A stretch of DNA of 64,000 nt from Phyllosticta citribraziliensis (Eukaryota), in NCBI RefSeq assembly GCF_038025025.1, contig NW_027117343.1, positions 1,612,001 through 1,676,000 of the forward strand, written 5' to 3'. The translations under genes were made by a program, and so were the position numbers. The notes below the pieces were generated by a model. It was not told the origin of the DNA. It saw only the letters and a list, made by a program, of their open reading frames with translations, and searched no databases. Of this stretch, positions 1-12,336 are shown one piece after another. Each line of letters starts with the position of its first letter. Position 1 is the first letter of the stretch.

Positions 1-3000
1 GGAGGGGACGGGAAGAAAGAGTGAGAGAGTGCAAGAAGGGAAGATAGGAGACGAGGAGAAGAAACAAAACAAGACAAGAAAAGAAGAGGAAGAGAGAGCA
101 GGAAGGGCTGGAAAGAGAAAAACGCACCCCACGAGTTTACGTACGCGCATCTGCACATCTTTACCGAACAGGCACGACAGATCTGCCGTGTCACCGTGGC
201 AGTGTTCTGGCTGACTGGCTCAGCCCTGCCCTGCGCCAAGCAAGCCTGTGTTCTCACCTCACGAGACGAGCAAACCACTTACCTGCCACTCACCTGCCAA
301 GGAACTGCTGGATGGGTGGCGCACAAGCATCGCGTCACTCGCGCGACTCTGCTTTCCGGCACACCACGAGGACGGAAGGTTTGCTGAGAAGTGGCGGGCA
401 GGAAAGGCTGCTCGTCTGCCGTTGCGCGACAATGCCCAGTACCCCGTCGGAATACTGTAGAAAGAGGTGAGAGGGCGCGCTTTATGTACTCCGCAGCATG
501 TGTACTGTACAACGGCGATTCAGCCAGCCCAGCACGGATGGGTAGAGTTGTCAGATGGATGGATGCATGGACGCGGCGCGCTGGCACGCACGCACGCGAG
601 GAAGCGAAGACTCGGCACGAGAAGAGTCTATGCAGCGTGCGGTGCATGCGCTGGCGGATGAACATGTAGGAGCATGAATCGAGCAAGGCAAGGCGAGTCG
701 CAGGCCCGCTGCGTCGTCTGCCGCAATCCCAAAGAGAGGACGGCGTATCCGTCCGTCACAGTAACCAGTGCAGACAGAGAAAGAGAGTAAGGGACAGCTC
801 AAAGCAGCAAGCCGACGACGCATCTTGCCGCCATTCCTCGACGACCAGCAGGAGGATGGCAGTGCCATCCGACAGAGACACGACCAAGTCATCCACCTCT
901 TGCCAGCTTTGACAGCAGCAACCCGCGAAAACACTCATCCACGCACGCGGAGGAGCGCGACGAATAGGGCCGAAGGCGCGCCCGTGGGGTCTGTGTTGGG
1001 GTCCGGGGGAAACGCCACAGGCCGTATCTCGTGCGGCGGTAGTGGGTCCGGGGGTGAGTGAGAGAAAGGTGGGAGAAGCAGAGAGGGATGGAAAAGCAGA
1101 CCGACAGAGAAGAAAAGAACGAAAAAGACGACGAGGTCAAGGACGAAGCAAGCAACGCGCGGCACCGACAGAGAACAGACACGCGCAACAAACCACGGCG
1201 GCAAAGTGAAGTGGCCATCCACCAGACGAGTCGAGGCGAGGCGAGGTTGCTTCAACCATTGCCGATGGCCGCCTGGGAAATGGTCTCCGAGTCGGCAGGC
1301 AGGTAGGAGACTCGAAAAAGCCCCCATCCGCGCGTTACCCCCCCGTTGGCAGTCAGGGTCCGCGGCGCCGTGTGGCGCTTTTTGCGGCGCCTTTCAGCCT
1401 GGAGAAAGGCACCGCGCGGCTGGGGTCTAGGCCGGGAGGCGCTGCGCGCAGACATTCAGGCTGAATCGTGTGGGTAGAAAGGGGGATGGCCGACGGAGCA
1501 ATGGGTGCCGTGGCTGGCGTGCTGTTGAGAAGACAAACAGAGAGGCGGAAGAGGAAGAGAAAGTTGGTGTTGGCGGAGCTGGTGGATTACCGGTTACGGT
1601 AGTGCAGCCGACCGAAGCAGCGACGAAGTATAACAACAGGGCGAGTCCACGGGGCTGGCTGGGTCGTCAGCTGGGCAGCAGCTTGGTGTTCCAGGTTGGT
1701 GATGGAGATGCAGCAGTGCGGCTCGGTGTGGTGTTCCCCCGTTGGCGTCTGGCTGCAGGGAATAGAGTTCGTTTGAGGGGCCCCATGGCACCTACGGACC
1801 TTACCCCACGACGCGCTAGGCCACCCCATCACACACACACACCCGCACACCAAGCCCAGCATTCCTCCATCGACCTGACGGCCCTCTCACCGCCGCCTAT
1901 GTCCTGTCGCTCTTATATAACACAATGTGCTCCCCTGCCGTTGGCCCCGTCTCCTCGCTCGACTCGACTCCCTGCTTGCTTCTGCGCTCTGTTCAGGTGC
2001 CGTGGGTGGCCAACATGCAGCTGACCTGACCTCGCTCCCGTCTGCCTGGATGCTGCACGTCATTCCTTGACGACTGCACTCGACCAGGTATGTATATAGC
2101 AGCCCTTCTGCTTCTGGGGCCGTCGTGGTCCTCACCCTCTCGCGCTCTCTTCCCCATCCATTGACCCGTTTGGGAACCTCGCCTAATCAATGCGGTATAG
2201 CGCCATCCACTCGGCCATGGACACACTGAACCACCCTCACGACGCATGCCAGCTGCATCGAGACTCGTCGTCGCGAGCAGCAAGAGAGACAGGATGAGGA
2301 CGATGACGACGACAACCAAAGCGCCATGATGCTTGACCACCGTCGACGGGTCGAGGTTGGACGCAGCGAGGCCAGCAAACAGGAATCCGAGCAGACGTCG
2401 CCTGCCGGGGTCTTGCAGCAAGGAAAAGAGCTGGGGAACCAGGACGGCAATCATTCGAGGAAACTGGAGCCCAAAAACCTCCGAGCCAACGGACGTCAGT
2501 GACCTGGCGGCCCCTCTCATGACGTACCAACGCCAGCGATGGACGCGATACGCGATGCACACCGCCAGCGTGGATGCGGTGGAGGAGAAGAAACGTTGTT
2601 GCCCGCCGTGGTCCACAGAGCAGCAGTCAATCCTCCCCATCACCATCGACTCTTCATCACGCGTCGCCCAGTCCGGCAACCTCGCGACTTTTGTTTGGAT
2701 GTGCTTCCTTGATTTGTCGCGGCTGACCTCACAGACTCCATCAGCGGCATTGTCAGCATCGTCATCCAGCTCCTCCTCGTTTCCATGGCCTCATCTCCGG
2801 CAGCCTCATTTCCACAATTTCCCCGGCCGGGGACCGCAAGCTCCGCAGCTGACCTCCGCCGGGCAGCCAAGACGGTCCCTCGAGACGTCATCGGCCCGAG
2901 CGGTGCGCTGGTACTGCAGGCCTCACACCATGGCAGCAGAGTTGCAGTCGGCGGAACCCGGCGCAGCGGACGAGCAAAACGGTGTGCCGGGGCGTCGATG

Positions 3001-3919
3001 ACCAACGAATTCGAAAAAAAAGGGCCACACAGGCGTCAAGGCATCGGGCCCAGGCACCCCGCGTGCCAAGGCGCCGACCAAAGGAGCAAATCCGAAGCGA
3101 CGTTGGATTGCCGCATGGGGGAATGCACCGCGCTTGTTCGCGTCGCCGGTTACCCCAACGGGAATGCCAGGTGTCGGGAACAGCTTCGCGCTTGGTGGTG
3201 GTGCGGGCGAGGTGCCGACGACGGACATGTCACGGCCACTGAAAAAAAATTTGCTGCACCCAGTGCCACCAGCCAGGCCAGGCCAGGCCGCCACGGCCGT
3301 CGACGGTACCTACCGCAGGGCATACCTACTCTGTTTGCGACGTGCGGGCGCCACGGTAACCAGTTTCCGGCTGGCGCGTGACGTGCGCGTGGGCTCATGG
3401 TCGGAAGACTCGTATCACTTTTGTCCGAAGGGCGCGGGGATTTGGGAAAGCTGGGGAGACGACGTGTGCGAGGGCGAGGCCAGACCGGACGTGGCCCCCG
3501 GGGCAAATTGCGCTCATGGGCGGAGCAAGCCGAAAAGAGGGAGAAAAGGAAGCGGCGTCGAGAGGTCACAAGGGGTGGTGGTGGGTGGCATGGCATGGCA
3601 TTGATGGGGAAGCTTCGGGAGTTGGGCGTGGACGGACGGACGGACGGACGCGAGGCATTCCGGGAGCGCAACCAACGGAACCACGGCAAACACGAACAGC
3701 AGAGGAAGGTCGGACGAGTCGGAGCAAAAGTCACTTATCACAATGGTGGGCGAAGCAACAAGAGATGGGGGTGGGTGGTCAGCGTGGAAGCGAGCGAGAG
3801 CGATGTGATGTGATGGATGGGGTATCGCAATGTCGGGGGCGAGAGATGGAGCCTGCCCTCGGGGTGTCTGGAGAAGGAGGAGAAGTCTGGAGTGAACCTG
3901 GAGTGCAGCGGTGACCTCT

Positions 3920-3951
3920 CCCCCCCCCCCCCCCCCCCCCCTTTTTTTTTT
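3920..3951. repeat. Homopolymer C22-T10
   Basis: 22 C followed by 10 T; run lengths may be affected by sequencing error. Confidence 0.85.
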
Positions 3952-5291
3952 GCGACCCGACCTCCACTTTTCGCAGGCCTCTCTCCGCCATTCCTCCGTG
4001 GACCGGCGCTGCAGTCGTGTGGGGCCTGGCACCTCCACAACCAGGGCCACCAGCATCGCAGCGACAGCAGGCCTCGACCATTTTCGCGCTGGGCCTTGCG
4101 GCGACGAGTGGGCAGACGACTTGAAATTTCTGCAGCAGGTTTCGAGGCTCCTGGGCAACAATTCGAGATGGTCGTGGTGGTAGTGTGGTGAGGCGAGCAG
4201 GTGTCCTGTCGGGCCGGGCCTGGCACAGACATGGGGAAAGGTCCGTCGGTCTGTGGGAGGGCGGTTGCAGCGCAGTGCAGTGCAGCGCAGGCATGCTGGT
4301 GCAGGAGCATCATGGCGATACGTGGTGTGAGCTTCTCGAAGAGTCGGATTGGATTGGGGGCGGCGGCGGAAGCGGTCAGGGTGGCCGAGAAAATTTGTCT
4401 GCCAGTCTGGTGATGGATTGAGGACTGCAGTGTCTTCACTTCAGCCGCTGATGGCATTGTGGCGTGTGGCGCTCGCCTTGGTCTTCGCGGCGCTGCTTGG
4501 CCCGGGTTTTGGCCCAACGGCCGCCGACCGACCGCATCCAACGACGACGACGACGACGACGAGAAGTCATCAACCAGCGACCGCAACGAGGACCAACAAT
4601 CCGCCTTGTTTTGCGCGCAGCCCAGCCCAGCACAGGTACGCCGTCGACTTGAGCTGACGGACCTCGCTGTCGGCCCTTTCTGCGTCGTCTTGCGGTGGTG
4701 ACCCCAGCTGCTGTGCCAGCCTGCCCTCGCCAAGCTCCCTCCCTCCCTCCCTGTCCGTGTCGCCCCCGGCTGCCCTTTCTGGAAGAGCCTCTGTTCTGCT
4801 CTGCTCTGCTCTCAGCACTCACCTCTACCTAGTTCCAAACTTTGCTGCCGGCGTTTGCAGCGACGGGTCCGACGGGACGAGTCAATCACGACCCTCGTCG
4901 TCGCCCACACCATCACTCAGGTCATCGTCAACTACTCAGCCCTACAGCGACATGGAAAAGGCAGAGTGCACGAGACTGCTTGATGCGTTGTCCTGGTCGT
5001 CGTCGATAGTGCTGCGCACGGCCATCACGGGAGCGTCAGCCAAGCGCGCCGCCGCCGGTAGCTCCAACGACCATCTTCACAACCACCCAAACAATCCAAC
5101 GTCGCTCTCCCGCATCCCGCGCCTAGCAGCCGTAGCTCATTGCGCTATCGCCCGCCCGCCCGACCGACCGACAACAAGTACAAGGGTGGTGGGCGCAAGT
5201 GGTGAGGTCTCGGGGCTCGTGGGCGCTTTCTCGGCTGACATGCCCGTCGCTCGAGGAGTGGGTCTCAACCATTCTTCTGCCGCCGCTCTTG

Positions 5292-5433
5292 CCTGGCCCT
5301 GGCCCTGGTCTGTCCTCTCCTGGCCCTGGCCCTCGCTCGCCCTCGTCCTCGCCCTCGCCCTCGCTCTCGCCCTCGCTGCCCATGTAGCATCCCCCACCGA
5401 CACGCCATGCCCATGCCCATGCCCATGCCCATG
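5292..5433. repeat. Compound hexanucleotide microsatellite (CCTGGC)n/(CTCGCC)n/(CCATGC)n
   Basis: Directly visible adjacent hexamer arrays in the transporter promoter. Confidence 0.85.
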
Positions 5434-5528
5434 GAGCCGGCTGGAGGCCCGGCATCTGGAGACGTCCACCCCGTCCGTCTGCACGCCCCGGCGCCGTCGA
5501 ACGACATCATTCTCCCCCATCTTCCCGC

Positions 5529-5535
5529 TATAAAA
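5529..5535 (+). promoter_or_regulatory. Probable TATA box of the sugar transporter
   Basis: TATAAAA about 75 nt upstream of an ATG in good context (CACCATGG), followed by a pyrimidine-rich tract. Confidence 0.6.
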
Positions 5536-5605
5536 CCCTCTCCCTTCCCCGGCTGCCCACCATCCCTCAGTCCCCTCCCCACTCGACACCCACCACACCT
5601 TCACC

Positions 5606-7383
5606 ATGGGCTTCTTCAGCAAGAAAGAGGACGCGTCTCACGACGTCGACCCCGAAAAGCACAACTCCGAGGCCACCACCCCCAATGACTCCCCCACCAG
5701 AAACCCCTCGCGTGAGGCCCCGGCCAAGGGCTACGGCAAGGTCCCCTTCATCTCCGTCCTGCTTGGTGCCATTGCCTCGGTCGGTGGCTTCATGTTTGGC
5801 TACGAGTCCGGTCAAATCTCTGGCTTCATGCAAGAAACCGACTTCATTGCCCGCTTCGGTCAAGACGGCGCCTTTAGCAACGCCCGCCAGGGCACCATTG
5901 TCGGTCTGCTCTGCATCGGTACTCTGCTCGGTTGCTTGATCTCTGCTCCCATGGCCGACCGCATTGGCCGCAAGTACTCCATCTCCTTCTGGGCCTTTTT
6001 CTACATTGTCGGCGTCATCATCGAAATCACCTCGTCCACCAAGTGGTACCAGTTCGCCATTGGCCGTCTCGTCGCTGGTTTTGGTATTGGCTCGCTCTCC
6101 ACCTGCGTTCCCATGTACCAGTCCGAGTCGATTCCAAGGCGCATCCGTGGTGCCGTTGTGTCGTCGTACCAGCTTTTCATCACGCTTGGCATCTGGACCG
6201 CCTACATGGTAAGTTGCGGAACTTGCCGTCCCTGCCTGGCCACTGCTAACCAACCCTTCAGGTCAACTACGGAACCCACAGGGACTACTCCAACAGCGCT
6301 CAGTGGCGCATCCCCAACGGTCTCTCCTGCCTCTGGGCCATTCTGCTTGGTAGCACCATTCTGTTCATGCCCGAGTCCCCTCGCTGGGCATACCGTGTCG
6401 GCCGCATCGACGAGGCCCGCATCCAAATGGCCCGCCTGAACGGCTGTGCCCCAGACGCCCCCCTCATCAACCAAGAGATTGAAGACATCGAGGAGAAGCT
6501 GCAGGCCGAGCGTGCCGGTGGCGAGCACCCGTGGTACGAAATCTTCACCGGCCCTCGCATGCTGTACCGCACTCTGCTCGGCATGGTCCTGCAGGCCGGC
6601 CAGCAGCTCACGGGCGCCAACTTCTTCTTCTACTACGGCACGACCATCTTCGCCCAGACGGGTCTCAAGGACTCGTTCGTCACGTCCATCATCCTCGGCA
6701 CCGTCAACGTCGTCGCCACCATTGCCGGCCTGTGGATCGTCGAGAACTGCGGCCGCCGCAAGTCGCTCATGGCCGGTGCCGCCTGGGCCTTCATGTGCTT
6801 CATGATCTACTCGTTCGTTGGCCACTTCATCCTGACCGAGGGCAACGGCTCCAACAAGCAGGCCGCCGGCTCCGTCATGATTGTCTTCACCTGCCTCTTC
6901 ATCTGCGCCTTCGCCACGACGTGGGGCCCCATGGTGTGGGCGATTGTCGGCGAGCTGTACCCGGCCCGCTACCGCGCCATCTGCATGGCGCTCGCCACGG
7001 CCAGCAACTGGCTCTTCAACTTCCTGATCTCGTTCTTCTCGCCGTACATCACGGACGCCATCGACTACCTATACGGCCTGGTGTTTGGCGGCTGCTGCCT
7101 GGCCCTCTTCTTCATCGTCTACTTCTTCATGATCGAGAGCAAGGATCGCTCGCTCGAGGAGATCGACACCATGTACGTGCTGCACGTCAACCCCATCACC
7201 AGCGCCAAGTGGGACGGCGCGTCGCTCCGTCAAGATGGCGCCCCCAACACCGACAACCTGTACCTCAACTCCGGCGGCCGCGGTATCCAGAAGGACCCCG
7301 AGGCCGCGGGCGGCGTGCGCGGCCGCAGCATCCACCAGGAGGAGGCGCTGCCCGAGCCGAAGGACGTGGAGCGTGCGGTCTAG
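5606..7383 (+). CDS. MFS sugar porter (hexose transporter family), 2 exons; intron 6209-6261
   Basis: Motifs GGFMFGYESGQISG, ADRIGRK, PMYQSE..P..IRG, PESPRW, QQLTGANFFFYYG, VENCGRRK, GELYP..YR, ESKDRSLEEID. The GTAAGT...GCTAAC...CAG intron joins ORFs 5606-6439 and 6367-7383 in frame (...WTAYM|VNYGT...). Confidence 0.95.
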
Positions 7384-8634
7384 ACCGGAGTCACCGCCGC
7401 TACCACGACCTTTTCTTCTCTCAGTCCCGACCCTGAGGGATGGAAGGAAGAGCGTCGAAGTAATGTTTCTCTCTACTCGCATTGTTGTTTCTTGTCTCCT
7501 TTTTGGATATCCTCCTCCTTTTGTTTGCTGGCATGGGCGCATCGCATCGCATCGCATCGCATACCGTACTGGGTGTTTAATGGCGGATGGGTGTTTTTTC
7601 TTCTTCGTTTTTTTTCATCCTCGTGTCTCTTTTTTGTCAAGTTTTTGAATGATGGGACGAACGAATGGATTGAAGTACAGTGTACTGGGCTGGCTAGGAC
7701 GATTGGATAGGAAAATGGGGAGGTTGTTTGGATAGTGAGTGAGAGAGTGAGAGAGGAGAGGGAGAGGAGATGAGGGGTAGATGGGTGGAGACGGAAGGAG
7801 AGAAAAAGTGCAATCACTACTACTACTACTACATGAAGAAATATCAAAAATTCGTCAAATGCTCTGGCATCTGTTGTGTGAGTGAGTGAGTGAGCGCTGT
7901 TGATGAAGTTCACTGCAAAGCCCTTTACACGGGTCTCTTGGCAAAAGAGCTTTCCTTCTGTTCCCTTTCATCCCCATCCCACTCACGTCATCACATCACG
8001 CATGGCGCGCAAGGCACGCGCCTGAGCAAACTCCAACCCATCTCATCTCATCTCATATCGTCTCATGCTCTCCTCTCTGGCGCTCGCATGAGTATACATA
8101 CATTGTCTCTTACTACTACTCTCCCGCACTTCCTCCGCCGCCGTTCGTTCCCTGTCTTGCTTGTGCATATGATGCTGAAGGCAGGGAGCCAGACGTGTAT
8201 GCCCTTGGCGCGCCTACTTTGTCGGTTGCTGCGTGGAGTGGAGTGGAGTGGAGTGGAGTGGAGATGCCGCCGCACCTGCATTGACGCGGCCTGCAGCTGC
8301 TGCACGCACATGTCCTGGAGCCCGACGGCCGCTCAGGACGTCCGCGGTAGGTAGTCCGTAGTCACCGGGGGTTGGGAGGCAGAATACTTGGCTTGACTGG
8401 TGGACTGGACTGGACGTTCTTGTTTGAGATTGGCGGAGGTGCAGGTGCAGGTGCAGGTGCAGGCGTCGGAGACTGACGGGCGGGTGAGAGGATGCAATCG
8501 GGGAGAGGGACAGGAGGGGAGACGGAGGACGCGGAGAGGCGGCGGGCGCTTGGTCACATGAGGTGAGTGAGGTGCCTGGATAGGTAGGATAGATGTAGCT
8601 AAGGTAGGTACCTACTGTACAGGTTGTGACTATT

Positions 8635-9660
8635 GAGACACGTGCGCGTTTTGGTGTTTTAGTCTCATGTCATGCACGCGAGCATGCATGCATGCACACG
8701 CGCGGTAGGCACTTGCTTCTGAGGCGCTACAAGAGGAAAAGGCGGGCATGTAAGGTAGCATGGAGACGACAGGCAGGCAGACTGGGCATTGTGGTGGCGG
8801 AAGAGAGGCATCCATGTAGACGGAAAGACGGTGGTGGTGGTGGTGTTGGTGTTGGTAGTCGCAATGCTGTCAGAAGACGCTGGAAGATGACGGAGCGGAC
8901 CAAAGGAAGGAAGGGAGACTGCTGCGCTGTGTTGTTGGCTTTTGCTTCATTCATCGTTGTCTTTGCTGCGGCTAGGTGCCTTGATGCTGCGCAGAAGACT
9001 TGTGGGTACCCAGTTCGGTGTGTAGTTTTTCTGCCTTGCGTCTCCGTTTGCCTGCAGCATGTCAAACTGCCTTTACTCTCTTCCTTGCTGGCCACAGCAC
9101 AGCGCCGCCATCAATCATCAATTCACTCACCTTCCTGCTCCCTCTTCCTCCTCTCCCTCTTTTCCTGGAGACACGTGCGTGTTTACGTTTCATGCAGCAT
9201 GCACGCGTGCAGCGAGGACTTCTGCTGGTGCTTGCGCTAGCGCGGACAGCGAGAAAGAGGAGACATGGCGGGGATGTAGCATCACGGATGACGGACTAGA
9301 CGTTGGACGCGTGAGCGAGGCTGGCATCCATGGAGACGGCATCTAAAGATGAGGTGGGTGGTGGGAATGGGCGCGCTTGTGCTGGGAGACGCCTGAACAC
9401 GGACGAAAGACTCATTCATCTTTTTTGCTTTTGATTTGGCTGCTGCTGCACGCAGAAGGCGTCTAGGTGTGTAGGTAGGTGTCCTGATGGTCTTCTTTGT
9501 TGTACTGCGTTCGTCTGCATCATGTCAAATTGCCTATGCTCTTTCTCTTTTTTTCTGACCACAGCACTCACTGCATGGCACCGCCACAGCGCGGCCTTCA
9601 TCAAACCACTCACCTTTCTGCTCCTTCTCGTCCTCTCCTCTCTCTTCTTCGCCTTTCTCT
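8635..9660. repeat. Degenerate tandem duplication of a ~0.5 kb unit (copies ~8635-9166 and ~9168-9660)
   Basis: Collinear shared anchors: GAGACACGTGCG (8635/9168), GGCATCCATG.AGACGG (8807/9323), GCAGAAG..GGTGTGTAG, CATGTCAAA.TGCCT (9058/9521), CCACAGCAC, CACTCACCTT.CTGCTCC. Confidence 0.8.
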
Positions 9661-9667
9661 CCATCTC

Positions 9668-10942
9668 TCACGCCCCCCTCGCAAGTGCCCTCTCGATCAA
9701 CCGCCCGTGCATACTCGCTATCTCGGGCACGATCAGACTCTCGATCTCGACCGACGGCTCGCCGACGCCGCCGTCTGCGCTCTTCTCCTCAACTAGCTGT
9801 TGCTGCGATGCCGAGTCCATGTAGACGTCTGCGGGTGTTTGTTGGCCGTTTTGGCTCTGGCTCACACTCTGACGCTCGCTTTCGCTCGCCCGCCACGCCG
9901 CCTTGCCAACCAGCGACTCGATCCCCGACGCGCTGCGCGCGCGCCGGCTGCGCGGGACACGAATCCACTTCTCCCTGGTGCGCGCGTCGTCCTTTGCAGC
10001 GTGGTCCTGCTCCTCCTCGGCGCTCACAAACACCACCTCCCATTTGCGCGTGCTCAGCAGGTTGCCGATGACGAGGTGGTGGTGGTAGCGGCGCAGCGCG
10101 TACACGGCCTTGCGCACCAGCATGGCGGGATCCGTCTCGAGCTTGAACGACACGATCATGGCGTCGGGCGCCCAGCCGTCGACGAGCTGCTTCAGGAACT
10201 TGGGGACCGGCTCCAGGTCGATGATGAGCGACTTGCCCTGCGTGCGGGCGGCGGGCGGCGGCTTGGACGGGCCGTTGGACGACGACGACGCGGTGGATTG
10301 CGATTGCGAAAACTCCTCGGCCGACTGGATCTTGTGCTCGACCATGCGGTCCTTGGGGACGAAGAAGTCGGACACGGCGGCCGCGAGGTAGAACAGCGCG
10401 TTGGCACCCAGCGGGCGCATCAGCTTGGCCACCTCGCGCAGCTCCCATAGGTAGTCGGTGATGCTGACGAAGCTGAGGATGAGCAGCGTGTTGGCGCGCT
10501 TGACCTCGCTGTACTGCCGCAGCACGCGCAGCATCTTGGCCTGGTGCACGGCGTCGACGACGACCGTCCCCGTCGCGGGATCCTCGGCCATGAAGTCCAG
10601 AAACGACCGCTTGTCGTGGCTGTAGTGCCGGCTGTACGGCAGCAGGCTGAACTGCCGGTGCAGGTAAATCACCGCGTACCCTTGCGACAGGAAGTACTCG
10701 GCCGACGTCGCGCCCCGCGTGCCGGCGCTGAAGTTGTCGATGAAGCGCACCGTCTGCTCCTCCAGCGGCACCGTCGTGCCGCCCGACGTCACCAACGCGA
10801 CGCGCCGTCCTTCGGCGGCGTGGCGCTCGACAAAGGCGCGCGCGAGCGTGAGGTGGTTTGATAGGTTGGCGGGCGGCGGGTTGCTGCTGAAGTACTGCGA
10901 CTCTGCGGCCGCCGGGGTGGGCGAGGGCGTTGGCTGCTCCAT
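9668..10942 (-). CDS. CAB2: Phosphopantothenate--cysteine ligase (CoA biosynthesis), intronless, 424 aa
   Basis: LVTSGGTTVPLE..TVRFIDNFSAGTRGATSAEYFL, YLAAAVSDFF, EHKIQS, VPKFL..LV..WAP..MIVSFKLETD, VIGNLLSTRK are diagnostic of eukaryotic PPC synthetase. Confidence 0.95.
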   Translation of the reverse strand: MEQPTPSPTPAAAESQYFSSNPPPANLSNHLTLARAFVERHAAEGRRVALVTSGGTTVPLEEQTVRFIDNFSAGTRGATSAEYFLSQGYAVIYLHRQFSLLPYSRHYSHDKRSFLDFMAEDPATGTVVVDAVHQAKMLRVLRQYSEVKRANTLLILSFVSITDYLWELREVAKLMRPLGANALFYLAAAVSDFFVPKDRMVEHKIQSAEEFSQSQSTASSSSNGPSKPPPAARTQGKSLIIDLEPVPKFLKQLVDGWAPDAMIVSFKLETDPAMLVRKAVYALRRYHHHLVIGNLLSTRKWEVVFVSAEEEQDHAAKDDARTREKWIRVPRSRRARSASGIESLVGKAAWRASESERQSVSQSQNGQQTPADVYMDSASQQQLVEEKSADGGVGEPSVEIESLIVPEIASMHGRLIERALARGA

Positions 10943-12336
10943 TCTTTCTGTTGCTCGCGTTTGCTTGAGTTTTGGCGTCGTTGTTGTTGTCTCAATGCTG
11001 GCGGGCTGGGTCGTGGCTGGGTGCCCTGGTGGGAACCGGCCGGTGGAGTCGTGTCGGCAATGCGACCGGGCCGGGGTTTAGACGCTAAACGGGCAGCGGC
11101 CGGGCCCGGGAAATGGAAGGCATTTGATAGGACGGAATGCATTCCCGAGACGACGTGGATGGTGTTGTTGGAAGTTTCACGATGCATTCGCTTCCTTCGC
11201 AAACGACTGAGGGTGGATGGGCTGGCTGTCATTCGTTTGCATGCTGTCCGTTGCAGCCCGAGCTTAATTCGCAGGATTGAGCGATGGGAGCTCGGCTGCG
11301 ACGGAATGCTCCAAAATGGTTCACGGTGATTTGCGGTTGGAAGAACCAAGCTTTCGATTCGATCGTAGATGGCCGTTGAGTGAGTGTAGGGGTGGCTTCA
11401 ATTGCACTTGGTCTGCTGCTACCAGCGGTCAGTTTCCACAACGGAAAGAGTCTTGGCTGACAGAACACAGTGATGAAAAACTCTTGATGCAGTAAATGTG
11501 CAACATGATGAAGAAGGGTGATTGCCTGCAATGGTGTTGAGGTCCCGGTCATGTGATGTGGCAAACTAAACCGTCCCGTCTGGCAGATCGGATCTGGGTC
11601 CGGGCGAGAAAGCCCTCCAATGTTTCCAACAGCATAACACACAAACGGCAACTCTTTCGCCACATGCAGCTTCCTATGCTTCATGCAAACGACCATCTTT
11701 TAGAATGCCATCCAGTTCGTTGTTCTTTGTCGCGGCATCTCAGCCATGGCCGCTCCAAGCCCAGTCCGGAGCACCGCCCGCGTCCCCGTGCCACCAACCT
11801 GAGCCTCCTCTTACAGCTCGCATATCCCACAGCAGGTCCGAACATCTGATTGCTCTCGATGACTTGCATTTGTCCCGACTCTTTTGCCCAATGGCGGCGG
11901 GAATTCTTTGCTACAGTGTTTGATCCCCGTGGCACCACGTGAGCACCCAGATCCACATCTCCATGTTGTTGTTCTTCAGGGCTTGCCTGCCTTCTGCAGA
12001 CTCTGCCCGGACGGCCCTGATGCCAGGTCGTCTCTTCCACCGCAGTCAACCTCACCATCGGCCTGGAGGTTGACCGGCCCCCGGCCAACAACTTCCATCT
12101 CACTGACCGTCGACCTGGATCGGTCTCGCCTGGCCGCTGGCATGCAAAAGGTGAGATGGCAGAATGCGACGATCCAGAGAAGCAACTCACAGTACCCTCC
12201 TGAGCAGGGCGGCTATCCGACTCTTCGACCGCGACGCCAGACAGTCACCATCCGGCAGTGAAGACTTTTTCGAGAGTCTGGCCGACCTCCTTCACCTCGA
12301 CCTAGCACCACCATCCGACCTCCCCGGCCCGCCAGC

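Noticed and set aside
5407..5433. Multiple ATGs in (CCATGC)n as uORFs of the transporter
   Set aside because: They lie upstream of the probable TATA box at 5529, so are unlikely to be in the mRNA.
29..5533. Many 100-330 aa ORFs (e.g. 1993-2679, 3738-4733, 4757-5533)
   Set aside because: Low-complexity translations of GC-rich or microsatellite DNA, often with non-ATG starts, and no domain motifs.
5567..7557. Long antisense and alternate-frame ORFs over the transporter (likewise over CAB2, the ligase, GH27 and HET)
   Set aside because: Shadow ORFs caused by strong GC3 codon bias.
7538..8463. Pentamer/hexamer arrays ((CGCAT)n, (GGAGT)n, (GCAGGT)n; also near 47603 and 56440) as CRISPR-like or telomeric repeats
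   Set aside because: Simple microsatellites without spacers and not TTAGGG; typical of intergenic DNA throughout this window.
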